Shown here in pieces: positions 11,025 through 21,535 of a DNA stretch of 64,000 nucleotides. The stretch's first letter is position 1; each line of letters begins with the position of its first letter. Below the pieces are notes generated by a model. The model saw only the letters and a program-made list of their open reading frames with translations, was not told the origin of the DNA and ran no database searches. A program made the translations under genes and the position numbers. The stretch is from Candidatus Cloacimonadales bacterium (GTDB lineage Bacteria; Cloacimonadota; Cloacimonadia; Cloacimonadales; JAFGVF01): NCBI GenBank assembly GCA_963678315.1, contig OY782781.1:32001-96000 (forward strand). Reading direction: 5' to 3'.

Positions 11025-11564
11025 CTATTTTTCTTCTGAAGATGATTCTTCTTCATCACTATCTAATCGTTGGATAACAATCTCAGAAATATCTAAATTC
11101 TCTTTTGCATAAAGAACTGAGCCTGAAGATACATTAAGAACAATATCGTAGTTCTCTTCAATAGCTATTTCTTCAATAATTTGATTAATTCTTTCAATTA
11201 ATGGGGTCATTAGTGCTTCATTTCTTTGAAAAGCTAAACCATTAGATCCGAAATATTCTTGTTGTTTTCTCATTAAGTCTTCTTCTTCAGACTGAATAGA
11301 TTGAATCTCTGCTTTCTTAGCTTCTTCACTTAGAATAAGACTTCTTTTTTCGAAATTAGCCTTTCTATCGTCTAACTTTTGCTTCATCTTTCTAAGTTCT
11401 GTGTCCCACTCAGCTTGTTCTGCTGAGAACTGACGGTTAATTTCTTGAATATCTTTTGACTTCATCATTACAGATTCTACATCAACATAAGCAATCTTTG
11501 ATGACTCTGCAACAAGAAACGATAAACTAAACACTATTAATAAGATAAATGATATTTTTTTCAC
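11025..11564 (-). CDS. skp: OmpH/Skp periplasmic chaperone
   Basis: Signal peptide, KIAYVD, coiled coil, LDIS..VI; GTG start with GGAGG; upstream of lpxD. Confidence 0.9.
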   Translation of the reverse strand: MKKISFILLIVFSLSFLVAESSKIAYVDVESVMMKSKDIQEINRQFSAEQAEWDTELRKMKQKLDDRKANFEKRSLILSEEAKKAEIQSIQSEEEDLMRKQQEYFGSNGLAFQRNEALMTPLIERINQIIEEIAIEENYDIVLNVSSGSVLYAKENLDISEIVIQRLDSDEEESSSEEK

Positions 11565-11749
11565 ATTTCCTCCAAAATAAGTTATAAAACACTATTAAAA
11601 AAGACAATAAATCTCAATCGCTAACATAGTCAATAAATTTAATTTAAAACTATACTCTTTTATCTGACAAACAATGCTTGTAAAAAATAACTTTACAGCT
11701 ATCTTAAAATGATATATAATTGACATCCTGTAAATTTTATGGAGGAACA

Positions 11750-13411
11750 ATGATTAAAGTAGAATTACAAAAAGATGATATATATGTTAAAACTGTAGAA
11801 ATAGATTCACCAATGAGTATTAAGGAAGTCGTCAATGGGTATATTCCAGAATACCATGATATTCTTTCTTTCAAAGTTAATAATGAATGCTATCATAACG
11901 ACACTTACGAAATCACTGCTGATTGCTTAATCAATTCAGTGACATACAAACACTTAGAAGGTAAACGAATCTATCAGGATTCTGTTATATTCTTAATGAC
12001 GAAAGCCTTCTATAACCTATTTTTAAATAAGTTCAAGGTTGTTGTAGAACATTCAATTGATGATGGGGTCTTCTGTGAAGTATTTGGAGACTTGGAATTT
12101 ACTGAAAAGGATGTATTGAATATAAAACAGGAAATGCTGAGAACAGTCGAGCGTCAACTCTGGATTGATAAGATAAGCTACACTTGGAAAGAAGCTTTAG
12201 ATATACTCGAAAGACAGTCCAGAAGCGACTTGATTAAGAACATCGATTACTATTCCTCAAGAACTGTTAATTTGTACAAATGTGGTGAATATCATGATTT
12301 CTTCTCTAGACCACTTGCCGATAATACAAAGAACATTGGGGTTTTTGATGTTGAGAAAAAAAATAAAGGCTTTATATTACACTTCCCACAAAGCTCGACA
12401 TTCAAAGTAAAAGAAAACCTAGTTCATTCTCAAAAGGTATTTAAAGCACATCAAAATCATGATAAATGGTTAAGTTTATTGGGTGTGCATAAGATTCTAG
12501 ATATTAATAGCTTGGTCGATGATTATAAGATTAGTAATTTCATTCTTCATGAAGAAGCCTTACACGAGAAGAATATAGCAAGTATTGCTGAAGAGATTAA
12601 ACAAAGCAATAAAAAGATAATTCTGATTGCAGGTCCATCTTCTTCTGGTAAAACTACTTTCTCCCATAGGCTCGGAGTTCAGTTACAAGTTGCAGGTCTG
12701 AAACCTATAATTATTGGATTAGATGATTATTTCCTTGATAGGACAATGACTCCTCGAAAGAAAGATGGCTCTTATGATTTCGAGACAATAAAAGCACTTA
12801 ATCTAGATCTGTTAAATACTCATTTGAAAAATCTTTTAGATGGTAAGAAAGTTGAGTTACCTAAGTACAATTTCAGTAGAGGAACTTCTGAGAATAGTAA
12901 GAATTTCATTAAGTTAGGTGAGAATGATGTAATTGTAATGGAAGGTATTCATGGTCTAAATCCTGAACTTTCCTACCAAATCCCTGATTCTGAAAAGGTA
13001 AAGATCTATGTTACCGCCTTAAACCAGCTAAACATAGACAACCATAATAGAATACCTACTACTGACTGTAGAAAGCTACGCAGAATAGTTAGAGACTTTT
13101 ATTATAGAGGTTATAGTGCAGAAGAAACTCTTAACCGTTGGAAGTCAGTTAGAGATGGAGAGAACAAGAACATTTTCCCATTCCAAGAGAATGCAGACTA
13201 TATTTTCAACAGTTCTTTGACTTATGAATTAGGTTGTATTAAGAGTCATGCTACTAAGGAGTTAAAGAAGATTCACCCTAACTCAATTAATTATACTGAG
13301 GCTAAACGCTTGCTACTGCTGTTAAGCTTCATTAAAGATATACCTGAAAAGTATGTACCAAATAATTCCATCATCAGAGAATTTATTGGTGGATCTTGCT
13401 TTAGAGGCTAG
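11750..13411 (+). CDS. Nucleoside/uridine kinase with ThrRS-like N-terminal domain
   Basis: AGPSSSGKTT P-loop, LDDYF, EGIHGLN, RRIVRD; ATG 11750 follows GGAGG. Confidence 0.85.
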   Translation: MIKVELQKDDIYVKTVEIDSPMSIKEVVNGYIPEYHDILSFKVNNECYHNDTYEITADCLINSVTYKHLEGKRIYQDSVIFLMTKAFYNLFLNKFKVVVEHSIDDGVFCEVFGDLEFTEKDVLNIKQEMLRTVERQLWIDKISYTWKEALDILERQSRSDLIKNIDYYSSRTVNLYKCGEYHDFFSRPLADNTKNIGVFDVEKKNKGFILHFPQSSTFKVKENLVHSQKVFKAHQNHDKWLSLLGVHKILDINSLVDDYKISNFILHEEALHEKNIASIAEEIKQSNKKIILIAGPSSSGKTTFSHRLGVQLQVAGLKPIIIGLDDYFLDRTMTPRKKDGSYDFETIKALNLDLLNTHLKNLLDGKKVELPKYNFSRGTSENSKNFIKLGENDVIVMEGIHGLNPELSYQIPDSEKVKIYVTALNQLNIDNHNRIPTTDCRKLRRIVRDFYYRGYSAEETLNRWKSVRDGENKNIFPFQENADYIFNSSLTYELGCIKSHATKELKKIHPNSINYTEAKRLLLLLSFIKDIPEKYVPNNSIIREFIGGSCFRG

Positions 13412-13412
13412 T

Positions 13413-13766
13413 ATGTCAGCAATATTATCACTTAAGTATCAGTATATAAATCCGAAAGATAGGTCATGGTTCTACAAAGTTTTTGAGACCTTGCAGGAAC
13501 TAGATAAATGGTTGAAAGATGATTCTATCATATTAGTAAGGTCTGATGATTTAATGAATGAAGACATACTAAAGAAGCTTAAACTACTAAAGTTACAGTC
13601 TTCTGCTAGAAGAATAATTATTATTGGAGATTGTAGTTACAAGAATGATTACTTCATATATACGTCAGAAGATAACTTAAAAGCTAAGATTGATGCTTGT
13701 ATAAAGAATAAGCTGTCTTTAGATGATAATAAAAAGGCCATCTCGGATATAGTCAAGGAGATTTAA
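13413..13766 (+). CDS. Hypothetical protein
   Basis: ATG 1 nt after upstream stop, GAGG RBS; no recognised motif. Confidence 0.6.
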   Translation: MSAILSLKYQYINPKDRSWFYKVFETLQELDKWLKDDSIILVRSDDLMNEDILKKLKLLKLQSSARRIIIIGDCSYKNDYFIYTSEDNLKAKIDACIKNKLSLDDNKKAISDIVKEI

Positions 13767-13791
13767 ATTAAAATATAATGCATTAGAATAC

Positions 13792-13824
13792 AAAAGAGAG
13801 TGGTGGAAATTCATCACTCTCTTT
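13792..13824. terminator. Bidirectional intrinsic terminator
   Basis: AAAGAGAGTGGTG...CATCACTCTCTTT between convergent genes. Confidence 0.75.
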
Positions 13825-13840
13825 CTTAATATTATTAAAC

Positions 13841-14275
13841 TTAGTCAGTAACTCTAACTACTTTTACGCCTTTTAGAGTATCTGAAACTGGGCATTTTTC
13901 TTCAATAACTTGAATTAATTTTTCGATATTTTCCTGAGGAGAATCAGAAACAATATTCAATTTATATCTAATTTCAGAATATCCATTTCTTACATTTGGG
14001 TTAAGACCCATGAAACCATCAAGATCGATATCTCCAACAATTTCTACAGAGCAATCTTGAAGATTCACTTTACACTTTTTAGCGAATGCTGCAGCACAAA
14101 TAGCCATACATCCACCTAATGAATTTAGTAGCAATTCAACCGGGTTCATTGCTTTATCGGTACCACCAAGTTCTTTTGGCTCATCTAATGCAACTTTAAA
14201 TCCTCTTGATTCACCTTCACAATAAACACCTTCTTTTGTCCATTTAACTACTGCTTTCATGTTTGTTATAGCCAT
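13841..14275 (-). CDS. OsmC/Ohr family protein
   Basis: DEPKELGG, NPVELLLNSLGGC, CPVSDTL. Confidence 0.9.
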   Translation of the reverse strand: MAITNMKAVVKWTKEGVYCEGESRGFKVALDEPKELGGTDKAMNPVELLLNSLGGCMAICAAAFAKKCKVNLQDCSVEIVGDIDLDGFMGLNPNVRNGYSEIRYKLNIVSDSPQENIEKLIQVIEEKCPVSDTLKGVKVVRVTD

Positions 14276-14460
14276 TTCAAATCTCCTTAATTAAGTTTAC
14301 AACAATATATTTACATTTTTATCATTAGCAAATTATTTAATCTTTCTCAAAAAAAGACTTGAAAGAAATACTTTATTAGATTATTATTGCAGTAAACAAC
14401 AAAGTGATATGTTATGGTATATTTATAATTAAATTTAAATGAAGTAAAAGGAGACATTAG

Positions 14461-15423
14461 ATGAAACTTATAAAAATTGTTATTATTATAATGCTTATTG
14501 GATTAATTGCCTGTGAGGTGTCTCAAGATAATAATAAGATAAAAGAAACTAATACATTTTCCAATTCTAATAAAAAATACAAAATAGCCTTAGTCATGAA
14601 GACTTTAACTAATCCTTTCTTTGAGACAATGGGAAAAGGGGCTCGTAAAGCAGAATTAGAGCACAACATAGACTTGATTGTTAAAACCGGTTCACAAGAA
14701 ACAGCAATTAATCAGCAAGTTAGTATTATCAGGAAATTGATTGAAGATAAAGTTGATGCTATTGTTATAGCTCCAGCTGATTCATACCAATTAGTGGAAA
14801 TATTGGCTCATGCTCAAAAAGAAGGTATTGTCATTGTAAATATCGACAATAAGCTTGATACTGAAACATCTGCTAAATATCATCTTACCGATGTTCCTTT
14901 TATTAGTGTTGATAATGAAGAAGGTGCATATCTAGCAACTAAATATATAGCAGACCAAGTTAATAAAGTGAGTAGAGCTGTTGTAATTGAAGGCATTGAG
15001 GCTACTAAGAACAGTCAAGCAAGAAAAGCTGGGGCAATCAGAGCTTTTCAAGAGAATCCTCAGGTTGTACTTGTTGATGTTAAGAGCGCTAACTGGAAGA
15101 TAGAAGAAGCATATATTGCTTTCCATGACCTTTGGAAGAAACATGGCTTTATAGATTTAGTATTTTGTGCTAATGATATGATGGCTTACGGAGTAGTTAA
15201 GTTTCTTGAAGAAAACAAGATAAAGAACGTGAAACTTGCTGGATTTGATAATTTAGCCCAGACAGCAGAATACATCGACAATGGCATTGTTTCAGCAACA
15301 ATAGACCAGCAAGCTTTTGAACAAGGTTATCAAGGAATTAACACAGCTATCAAACTATTGAACAAAGAAGAACTAGAGTCACTGAATGTTACAATAGATG
15401 TTAAGTTAATTACAGATAAGTAG
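14461..15423 (+). CDS. RbsB-like periplasmic binding lipoprotein
   Basis: Lipobox LIAC, NPFF, VFCANDMMA, GFD, ATIDQ. Confidence 0.88.
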   Translation: MKLIKIVIIIMLIGLIACEVSQDNNKIKETNTFSNSNKKYKIALVMKTLTNPFFETMGKGARKAELEHNIDLIVKTGSQETAINQQVSIIRKLIEDKVDAIVIAPADSYQLVEILAHAQKEGIVIVNIDNKLDTETSAKYHLTDVPFISVDNEEGAYLATKYIADQVNKVSRAVVIEGIEATKNSQARKAGAIRAFQENPQVVLVDVKSANWKIEEAYIAFHDLWKKHGFIDLVFCANDMMAYGVVKFLEENKIKNVKLAGFDNLAQTAEYIDNGIVSATIDQQAFEQGYQGINTAIKLLNKEELESLNVTIDVKLITDK

Positions 15424-15428
15424 ATTAC

Positions 15429-17759
15429 ATGAAATTAATAAGATTAGCTAGAAAATCTCTTTTCACTAAAATAGCAATATTTTATTTTATCTTAGGGTTT
15501 TTACCATTAATGATATTGATGTTTTGGGCTTTCACCACTAGCAACAAGTCATTAACAAGTCACCTTGAAAATAATGTTTTAGAGCTAATCAAACAAAAAG
15601 CAGCTTATACCGGACTAAAACTTTACACTGTTGAAAACCTCATGCACAATATTTCGAATGTCGAAGAAGTAGTTAACAGTCTTAAGAATGAACCTGATAA
15701 TCTATCTATCATTCAGAAAATTACCGTAGAAGAGAAGATTGGTCATATTCTAGGGTCTTTTGTTAGTATAGAAGGGATTGAGTCCATTGATATCATTTCT
15801 AGAAATATGAACAGATATCAAAATAAGAACACTACAATCCATACAGATATTGTTAATCAAGCAAGTATCGAGAATCTACTCAATGAAAACAATGAGAATG
15901 AATACAAGATATTCTGGCATGGAGTAAAACCTAACCTAGATAATAAGTCCCAATACTCTTTGGTTGCTAGCAAAAAGCTAATGTATTATGATAAAGAAAA
16001 GCAAGCAAAAGAATATTTAGGTTTATTAATAGTACATTTCTCACTAGATGAGTTAACTTTTGAAGCTGATAATACTCTAGTTAATGAGAATTTTAGACAT
16101 TTTATTGTAGATAACAATGGTAAGATTGTTTATTCTGACATTAGTAAAGATATAGGTTCAGGATTCAAAACTATCAATGATATTGAGAAAAACAGAATAC
16201 ATAACTTTGATAAGATGGATATTAAAGGTGGTAAGCAGTTAATTTTAAAGCATAATCTATCTAAATATAATCTTAAGTTCTTTACATTTATAGACAATAA
16301 GTACCTCTGGTATTCTAAGTTCAATCTTGTTAAGGTATCACTATTTGGGATAATTAGTATCTTATTATTTAGTGCTTTTATGTTCTATATTTTTTCTAAG
16401 AAAATTCTTTTCCCAATAAGAGAAATTAAAGATTACTTTGTCGATATAACAAATAATAAATCTGATTATAAAAGACATATAAGAGTCACCTCTCATGATG
16501 AAATTGGTGAATTACAAAGATGGTTTAACTCTTTTCTTACTAATCTAGGAGAAAAAGAAATCTATGCTAAAGAGCTAAAGGTTCAAAAGGAATTAGCTGA
16601 GATTGCTAATAAATCTAAAGACAACTTCCTAGCAAGCATTTCACATGAACTTAGGACTCCATTAAATGGTGTTATATCTGTTTCTCAGCTGTTAAATGAA
16701 ACTGATTTATCCAAGCAACAAGAAGAATATGTTGATATTGTTCAACAATCTTCTACCATACTTTATTCTTTGATTAATCAAGTGCTTGATTTTTCTAAGA
16801 TTACAGCCAATAGGCTTGATTTATCAGTTAAAACATTCAATATAAAAGACCTCTTAGTAAAACTTACTAACCTTGTTCAACTTGAATGTAAAACTAAGAA
16901 TCTACAATTCATTATTAATGATTCAGTCCAAGATAAGTTATATGTTGAAGCTGATGAACTTGCAATTCAAAAAGTACTTCTTAACCTCTTGAACAACAGT
17001 GTAAAATACACAAATAAAGGTTTTGTCAAATTTGATATAAACATAATTGAAAAGAGTACAGACTATGTTTCCTTAAGTTTTTCAGTTTCAGATTCTGGAA
17101 TAGGTATTCCCAAAGATAAACAGGAATCAATCTTCGAGGCATTTGAGCAAGTTGATAATTCTCTTTCAAAGAAAGTTTCTGGATCCGGCTTAGGCTTATC
17201 AATTGCTCAACAACTAACCAAGTTAATGGGTAGTGAGATTGAACTGGTCAGCCCTAATCCTAACCTTACAAATATGCCTGATATGATTGGTTCAGTATTC
17301 CAATTTAAGCTTAAACTCAAGTTAGCAAGACAGGTCACTGAAAAGGTTACCAGTAAGAAAAGCGATATATTAAAGACCTACACAGCAAGCCAACAACTGA
17401 GCTGTCTCATTGTTGAGGATAATGTTATAAATCAAAAAATCATTACATCAATTCTGCATAGATATAATATTAAAACTCAAATTGCTAACAACTGGACTGA
17501 ATGTTTATCTATTCTAATAGGTCACCATTTTGATTACATCTTCATGGATATACAAATGCCAGAAGTAACAGGTATAGAACTTACAAAAATGGTTAGAGAA
17601 AAAGGTATTGATTGTCCAATCATAGCAGTAAGTGGTAATGTTATAGATAGTGTTCAAGATGCTGCTTTTTCTTCTGGGATGAACGGTTTCATTGGTAAGC
17701 CTATCAAGATTTCGGAAATAGAAGACATGCTAGTAAAATTCTTACCTCCTAGTAATTGA
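15429..17759 (+). CDS. Hybrid sensor histidine kinase (periplasmic domain, HAMP, HisKA, HATPase, receiver)
   Basis: Two TM helices, DEIGEL, SHELRTPLNG, DSGIGI, GSGLGL, FMDIQMP. Confidence 0.93.
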   Translation: MKLIRLARKSLFTKIAIFYFILGFLPLMILMFWAFTTSNKSLTSHLENNVLELIKQKAAYTGLKLYTVENLMHNISNVEEVVNSLKNEPDNLSIIQKITVEEKIGHILGSFVSIEGIESIDIISRNMNRYQNKNTTIHTDIVNQASIENLLNENNENEYKIFWHGVKPNLDNKSQYSLVASKKLMYYDKEKQAKEYLGLLIVHFSLDELTFEADNTLVNENFRHFIVDNNGKIVYSDISKDIGSGFKTINDIEKNRIHNFDKMDIKGGKQLILKHNLSKYNLKFFTFIDNKYLWYSKFNLVKVSLFGIISILLFSAFMFYIFSKKILFPIREIKDYFVDITNNKSDYKRHIRVTSHDEIGELQRWFNSFLTNLGEKEIYAKELKVQKELAEIANKSKDNFLASISHELRTPLNGVISVSQLLNETDLSKQQEEYVDIVQQSSTILYSLINQVLDFSKITANRLDLSVKTFNIKDLLVKLTNLVQLECKTKNLQFIINDSVQDKLYVEADELAIQKVLLNLLNNSVKYTNKGFVKFDINIIEKSTDYVSLSFSVSDSGIGIPKDKQESIFEAFEQVDNSLSKKVSGSGLGLSIAQQLTKLMGSEIELVSPNPNLTNMPDMIGSVFQFKLKLKLARQVTEKVTSKKSDILKTYTASQQLSCLIVEDNVINQKIITSILHRYNIKTQIANNWTECLSILIGHHFDYIFMDIQMPEVTGIELTKMVREKGIDCPIIAVSGNVIDSVQDAAFSSGMNGFIGKPIKISEIEDMLVKFLPPSN

Positions 17760-17927
17760 TTTTATTTTCTATATACTTACTTTGATTAATCAGCTACTTC
17801 CTGAACCTCTTCTATTTGATTATCAAAGGTTTGAACATGACAACCCTAAAGCTATTCTTTTTGCCTAAAGATAAACTTCGGTCAAGTTAACGGTGGATGA
17901 TAAGACTTTTTCGAATGGTCTCTACAC

Positions 17928-17978
17928 CCTTACTCCCCACCTTGAAAAAAAGTCGATTTTTCAAGGAGGCAAGTAAGG
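17928..17978. repeat. Intergenic palindrome, probable diverged member of family A
   Basis: CCTTAC..CCACCTTGAAAAA-AAGTCGA-TTTTTCAAGGAGGCAAGTAAGG; right flank GGAGGCwAGTAA shared with copies at 38051 and 60105. Confidence 0.55.
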
Positions 17979-18117
17979 ATGGAGTTAAGCCAGTTAAATC
18001 TAGACTAATTTTTGTTGGAATCACTCTTTGATATACGGGCATTCGACTAACATTTTTATTGACATATTGATAAAGAAAAAAGAAACTACTTAAACTAAAA
18101 CAAATAAGGTCATATTT

Positions 18118-19158
18118 ATGGATTTAATATCAAAAAATAAAAAGAAAAGATTTAAGAAAAAGAAACCTTTCGTACAAGATTGGATAGAAGCAATTTTATA
18201 TGCGCTTGTTGTAGCAATGATTATTAGAAATTTTACTTTCCAGAATTTCAAGATACCATCAGGTTCTATGGAGAACACTTTATTAGTAGGTGATTACCTT
18301 GTGGCTAATAAACTTAAATTTCATTTAACAGACCCTGAAAGAGGTGATATTGTTACATTCAGGATGCCTGCTGATCCAGAAAATCCCAATGATATTGATC
18401 TAAGTGATCCTCAAAATAGCTTAAACCCTTTTGCTAAATATACAGGAGATTATATACCATTATATCCTCCATTATACATCAACTCAAAGAAGATGTTTGA
18501 TTTACAAGCATGGACAATGTTTGGCTTAACCTATTATACACCAAAGAATGTTGTTAAAAGAGTTGTGGGTATGCCAGGAGATACTCTTCAAATAATTGAT
18601 AGAGATATCATTATTAATGGCGAGAATCTAGGAAGATTTCATGGTTTAAACAAGTATATATTTAATTTCACAAATACTTTCAATGAGATTTCTTCTATGG
18701 CAAAGAATGATAGAACTAAATATACTGAGTTTTTTGCTAATGATGATCCAGAAAAAGTAATTTATAATCTTAGTAAGCACTTTAAGTACATGTATGCAAC
18801 AATGACTGAAGAAGAGTTTAATAATAGTTCAGTAAAGTATAAGAAATATTTAAAGTATTTATTCAACAAATATGTTTCATCGAGAAAAATAGAGTGGGAT
18901 GGCAAATATATGGGAACAATTGAGAATTTTGGTCCTGTAGTTGTTCCTGAAGAAAGCTACTTTGTTATGGGAGACAATAGAAACAACAGTTATGATAGCA
19001 GATATTGGGGATTCTTAGAGAGAGAATATATTTCAGGAACTCCAAGCGTTATCTTCTTCTCAGTAGATGAATCCTCACAAGATGCAATGCAAGGTCATCA
19101 CACAGTAGGCCGATCAGGAAATACTCGTTGGGATAGACTTTTCAAGTTAGTTAAGTAG
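18118..19158 (+). CDS. lepB: Signal peptidase I
   Basis: IPSGSMENTL (catalytic Ser), VVKRVVG (Lys), GDNRNNSYDSRYWG. Confidence 0.95.
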   Translation: MDLISKNKKKRFKKKKPFVQDWIEAILYALVVAMIIRNFTFQNFKIPSGSMENTLLVGDYLVANKLKFHLTDPERGDIVTFRMPADPENPNDIDLSDPQNSLNPFAKYTGDYIPLYPPLYINSKKMFDLQAWTMFGLTYYTPKNVVKRVVGMPGDTLQIIDRDIIINGENLGRFHGLNKYIFNFTNTFNEISSMAKNDRTKYTEFFANDDPEKVIYNLSKHFKYMYATMTEEEFNNSSVKYKKYLKYLFNKYVSSRKIEWDGKYMGTIENFGPVVVPEESYFVMGDNRNNSYDSRYWGFLEREYISGTPSVIFFSVDESSQDAMQGHHTVGRSGNTRWDRLFKLVK

Positions 19159-20276
19159 TGAAAGCTCTTGTAGAACATATCTATATTCATGTACCATTTT
19201 GCACAACAAAATGTGGGTATTGTTCTTTTTATTCAGAGAAATATTCTAGGCAAAGAATACAGGAATACCTTGATATTCTTTCAAAAGAGATAAATTTATA
19301 TCAGGCTCAATATAAGCTTGTCCCCAAGACAATCTACTTTGGAGGTGGTACTCCTTCCCTATTGAGACCTTCTGATATAAGCAAGATATTGCACTTATTC
19401 CCTAATCTTGATTCTAATTGTGAAATTACAATCGAAGCAAATCCTATTACACTCACAAACAGCTATATTACTGAACTAAGTCATACTAAGATAAATAGAG
19501 TTAGTTTGGGACTACAAAGCAGTCTGGAAAAGAATTTAACATTTTTAGGGAGAAAGCATAAAGCTAATGATGTTCAATCTATAATAAAAAGATTAAGAGA
19601 AATAAAGATTAATAATATTTCACTTGATTTAATCTATGGAATACCAAATCAATCAATAGCAGACCTGCAAGAAGATATTAAATTTTATACAAACCAAGAT
19701 ATCGAGCATATTTCCATTTACTGTCTATCAATTGATGAAGGAAGTCTCTTCTATGAAAATCAAGTTAGTCTTCCTCATAGCGATTTAGTAGCAGATATGT
19801 ATTCTTTGATAGTAGATCAACTTCCTACATTAGGATTTAGGCAATATGAGATTTCTAACTTCTGTAAAGATAATCAATATTCCATACATAATTTATCATA
19901 TTGGGACTGCAAGAACTATCTAGGATTAGGGCCTGGAGCTGTAGGAACAATAAACAATATACGTTACTACAACCCCCACTTTCAGCCTTGGAAAGATAAT
20001 GTTGAACAAGGGAAAATATTAACAGATATCGAGCACTTAGATAATCTTAGCAAAATTAATGAGTATATAATGCTAAAATTAAGATTAGTATCTGGTTTAG
20101 ATTTGAATAGCTTTAGAACAAGATTTGCATATAATATATATGATGCTAAGAAAAAGATAATTGATAAATATGTGGAGCAAGGATTCTTAGACTTTTCAGG
20201 AAGTAATTTATCCTTGACGAATAAAGGAAAATTTGTTTCTAATTATATAATATCTGACCTTTTGGAGGATAATTGA
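19158..20276 (+). CDS. hemW: Radical SAM heme chaperone HemW family
   Basis: YIHVPFCTTKCGYCSF, GGGTPS, YEISNF, HNLSYW. Confidence 0.9.
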   Translation: MKALVEHIYIHVPFCTTKCGYCSFYSEKYSRQRIQEYLDILSKEINLYQAQYKLVPKTIYFGGGTPSLLRPSDISKILHLFPNLDSNCEITIEANPITLTNSYITELSHTKINRVSLGLQSSLEKNLTFLGRKHKANDVQSIIKRLREIKINNISLDLIYGIPNQSIADLQEDIKFYTNQDIEHISIYCLSIDEGSLFYENQVSLPHSDLVADMYSLIVDQLPTLGFRQYEISNFCKDNQYSIHNLSYWDCKNYLGLGPGAVGTINNIRYYNPHFQPWKDNVEQGKILTDIEHLDNLSKINEYIMLKLRLVSGLDLNSFRTRFAYNIYDAKKKIIDKYVEQGFLDFSGSNLSLTNKGKFVSNYIISDLLEDN

Positions 20277-21523
20277 AAAAGATAGTTTTACTTGTAATTA
20301 TATATTTTGTTATAAGCTTGAGTTGGAGTGAAATTTTAATTCCAATGGATGAAAGTCAAACTAATCATCTAAAAGCTTATGGAGTTGTTTTCCGAGGATT
20401 AAAGAATAATCAAACAGCTAAATGGCTACTAAACTATAGAGGTGGTTCTTTTTTATGTCAAGATACAGAGCTAATAGTCAGCGACTGTAACATAAGTGGT
20501 GTTTCTTTTGAAAGAGTAAATGCAAGTGAAATACTTTCAATCTTTGATGTTATTGAGAATAATAATATGGAAGCTGTTGTTTTAGAGAAAGAGCCTAAAA
20601 TTGCAGTTTACTCCCCTCCTACTAAAGAACCTTGGGATGACGCAGTTACCTTAGTTCTTACTTATGCTGGGATTGAGTATGAAACTGTTTGGGATGAAGA
20701 AGTAATTACAAAAGGACTTGATGATTATGACTGGGTTCATTTGCATCATGAAGATTTTACAGGACAATTTGGTAAGTTCTATGCATCATATAGATTTGCA
20801 GATTGGTATAAAAAAGAAGTTAGAACCAATGAAGCAATGGCTAATAAATTAGGCTTTAGTAAAGTATGGAAATTAAAACATGCGGTAGCTGAAAAAATCA
20901 GAAAGTTTGTTATAGATGGAGGATTTCTCTTTGCTATGTGTGGAGCTACTGATACAATTGATATTGCTTTAGCAGCTGGTTCAACAGATATTGTTCCTAA
21001 AGAATTTGATGGAGATGGAATAGACAAGAACTACAAGATGAAAATGAATTTTGAAAGGACCTTCGCATTTGAAAACTTCTCAATCATTGAGAATCCACTG
21101 AAGTATGAGTATTCAGATATTGATGGTTCTGATTATGCTTCAATACGTGGTGCTGAAGCTGATTACTTCCAGCTGTTTGATTTCTCAGCAAAGTTTGACC
21201 CAGTTCCAACAATGCTAACACAAAATCATACAACTATCGTCAATGGTTTCTTAGGAATGACTACATCTTTTAAAAAGAATGTTATCAAGAAAAGTGTTGT
21301 TATCCTTGGAGATATTCCACAAAGTGAAGAGAGTAAGTATCTTCATGGTAATCTTGGGAAAGGTACTTTTACATTTTACGGTGGACATGATCCAGAAGAT
21401 TATCGCCATCTAGTAGGAGACCCAGAAACAGTGCTTGATATGCATAAGAATTCCGCGGGATATAGACTTATATTGAACAATGTCCTCTTCCCTGCTGCTG
21501 AGAAAAAGAAACTAAAAACTTAA
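20273..21523 (+). CDS. Conserved exported protein with glutamine-amidotransferase-like region; function unknown
   Basis: Signal peptide; HLKAYG, WLLNYRGGSF, HLHHEDFTGQ, FAMCGATD, GGHDPED; TTG start with GGAGG. Confidence 0.7.
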   Translation: MKKIVLLVIIYFVISLSWSEILIPMDESQTNHLKAYGVVFRGLKNNQTAKWLLNYRGGSFLCQDTELIVSDCNISGVSFERVNASEILSIFDVIENNNMEAVVLEKEPKIAVYSPPTKEPWDDAVTLVLTYAGIEYETVWDEEVITKGLDDYDWVHLHHEDFTGQFGKFYASYRFADWYKKEVRTNEAMANKLGFSKVWKLKHAVAEKIRKFVIDGGFLFAMCGATDTIDIALAAGSTDIVPKEFDGDGIDKNYKMKMNFERTFAFENFSIIENPLKYEYSDIDGSDYASIRGAEADYFQLFDFSAKFDPVPTMLTQNHTTIVNGFLGMTTSFKKNVIKKSVVILGDIPQSEESKYLHGNLGKGTFTFYGGHDPEDYRHLVGDPETVLDMHKNSAGYRLILNNVLFPAAEKKKLKT

Positions 21524-21535
21524 ACAGGAATATAG

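Noticed and set aside
20273..21523. Calling this gene asparagine synthetase
   Set aside because: It has a signal peptide and lacks the N-terminal Cys and the SGGLDS synthetase motif.
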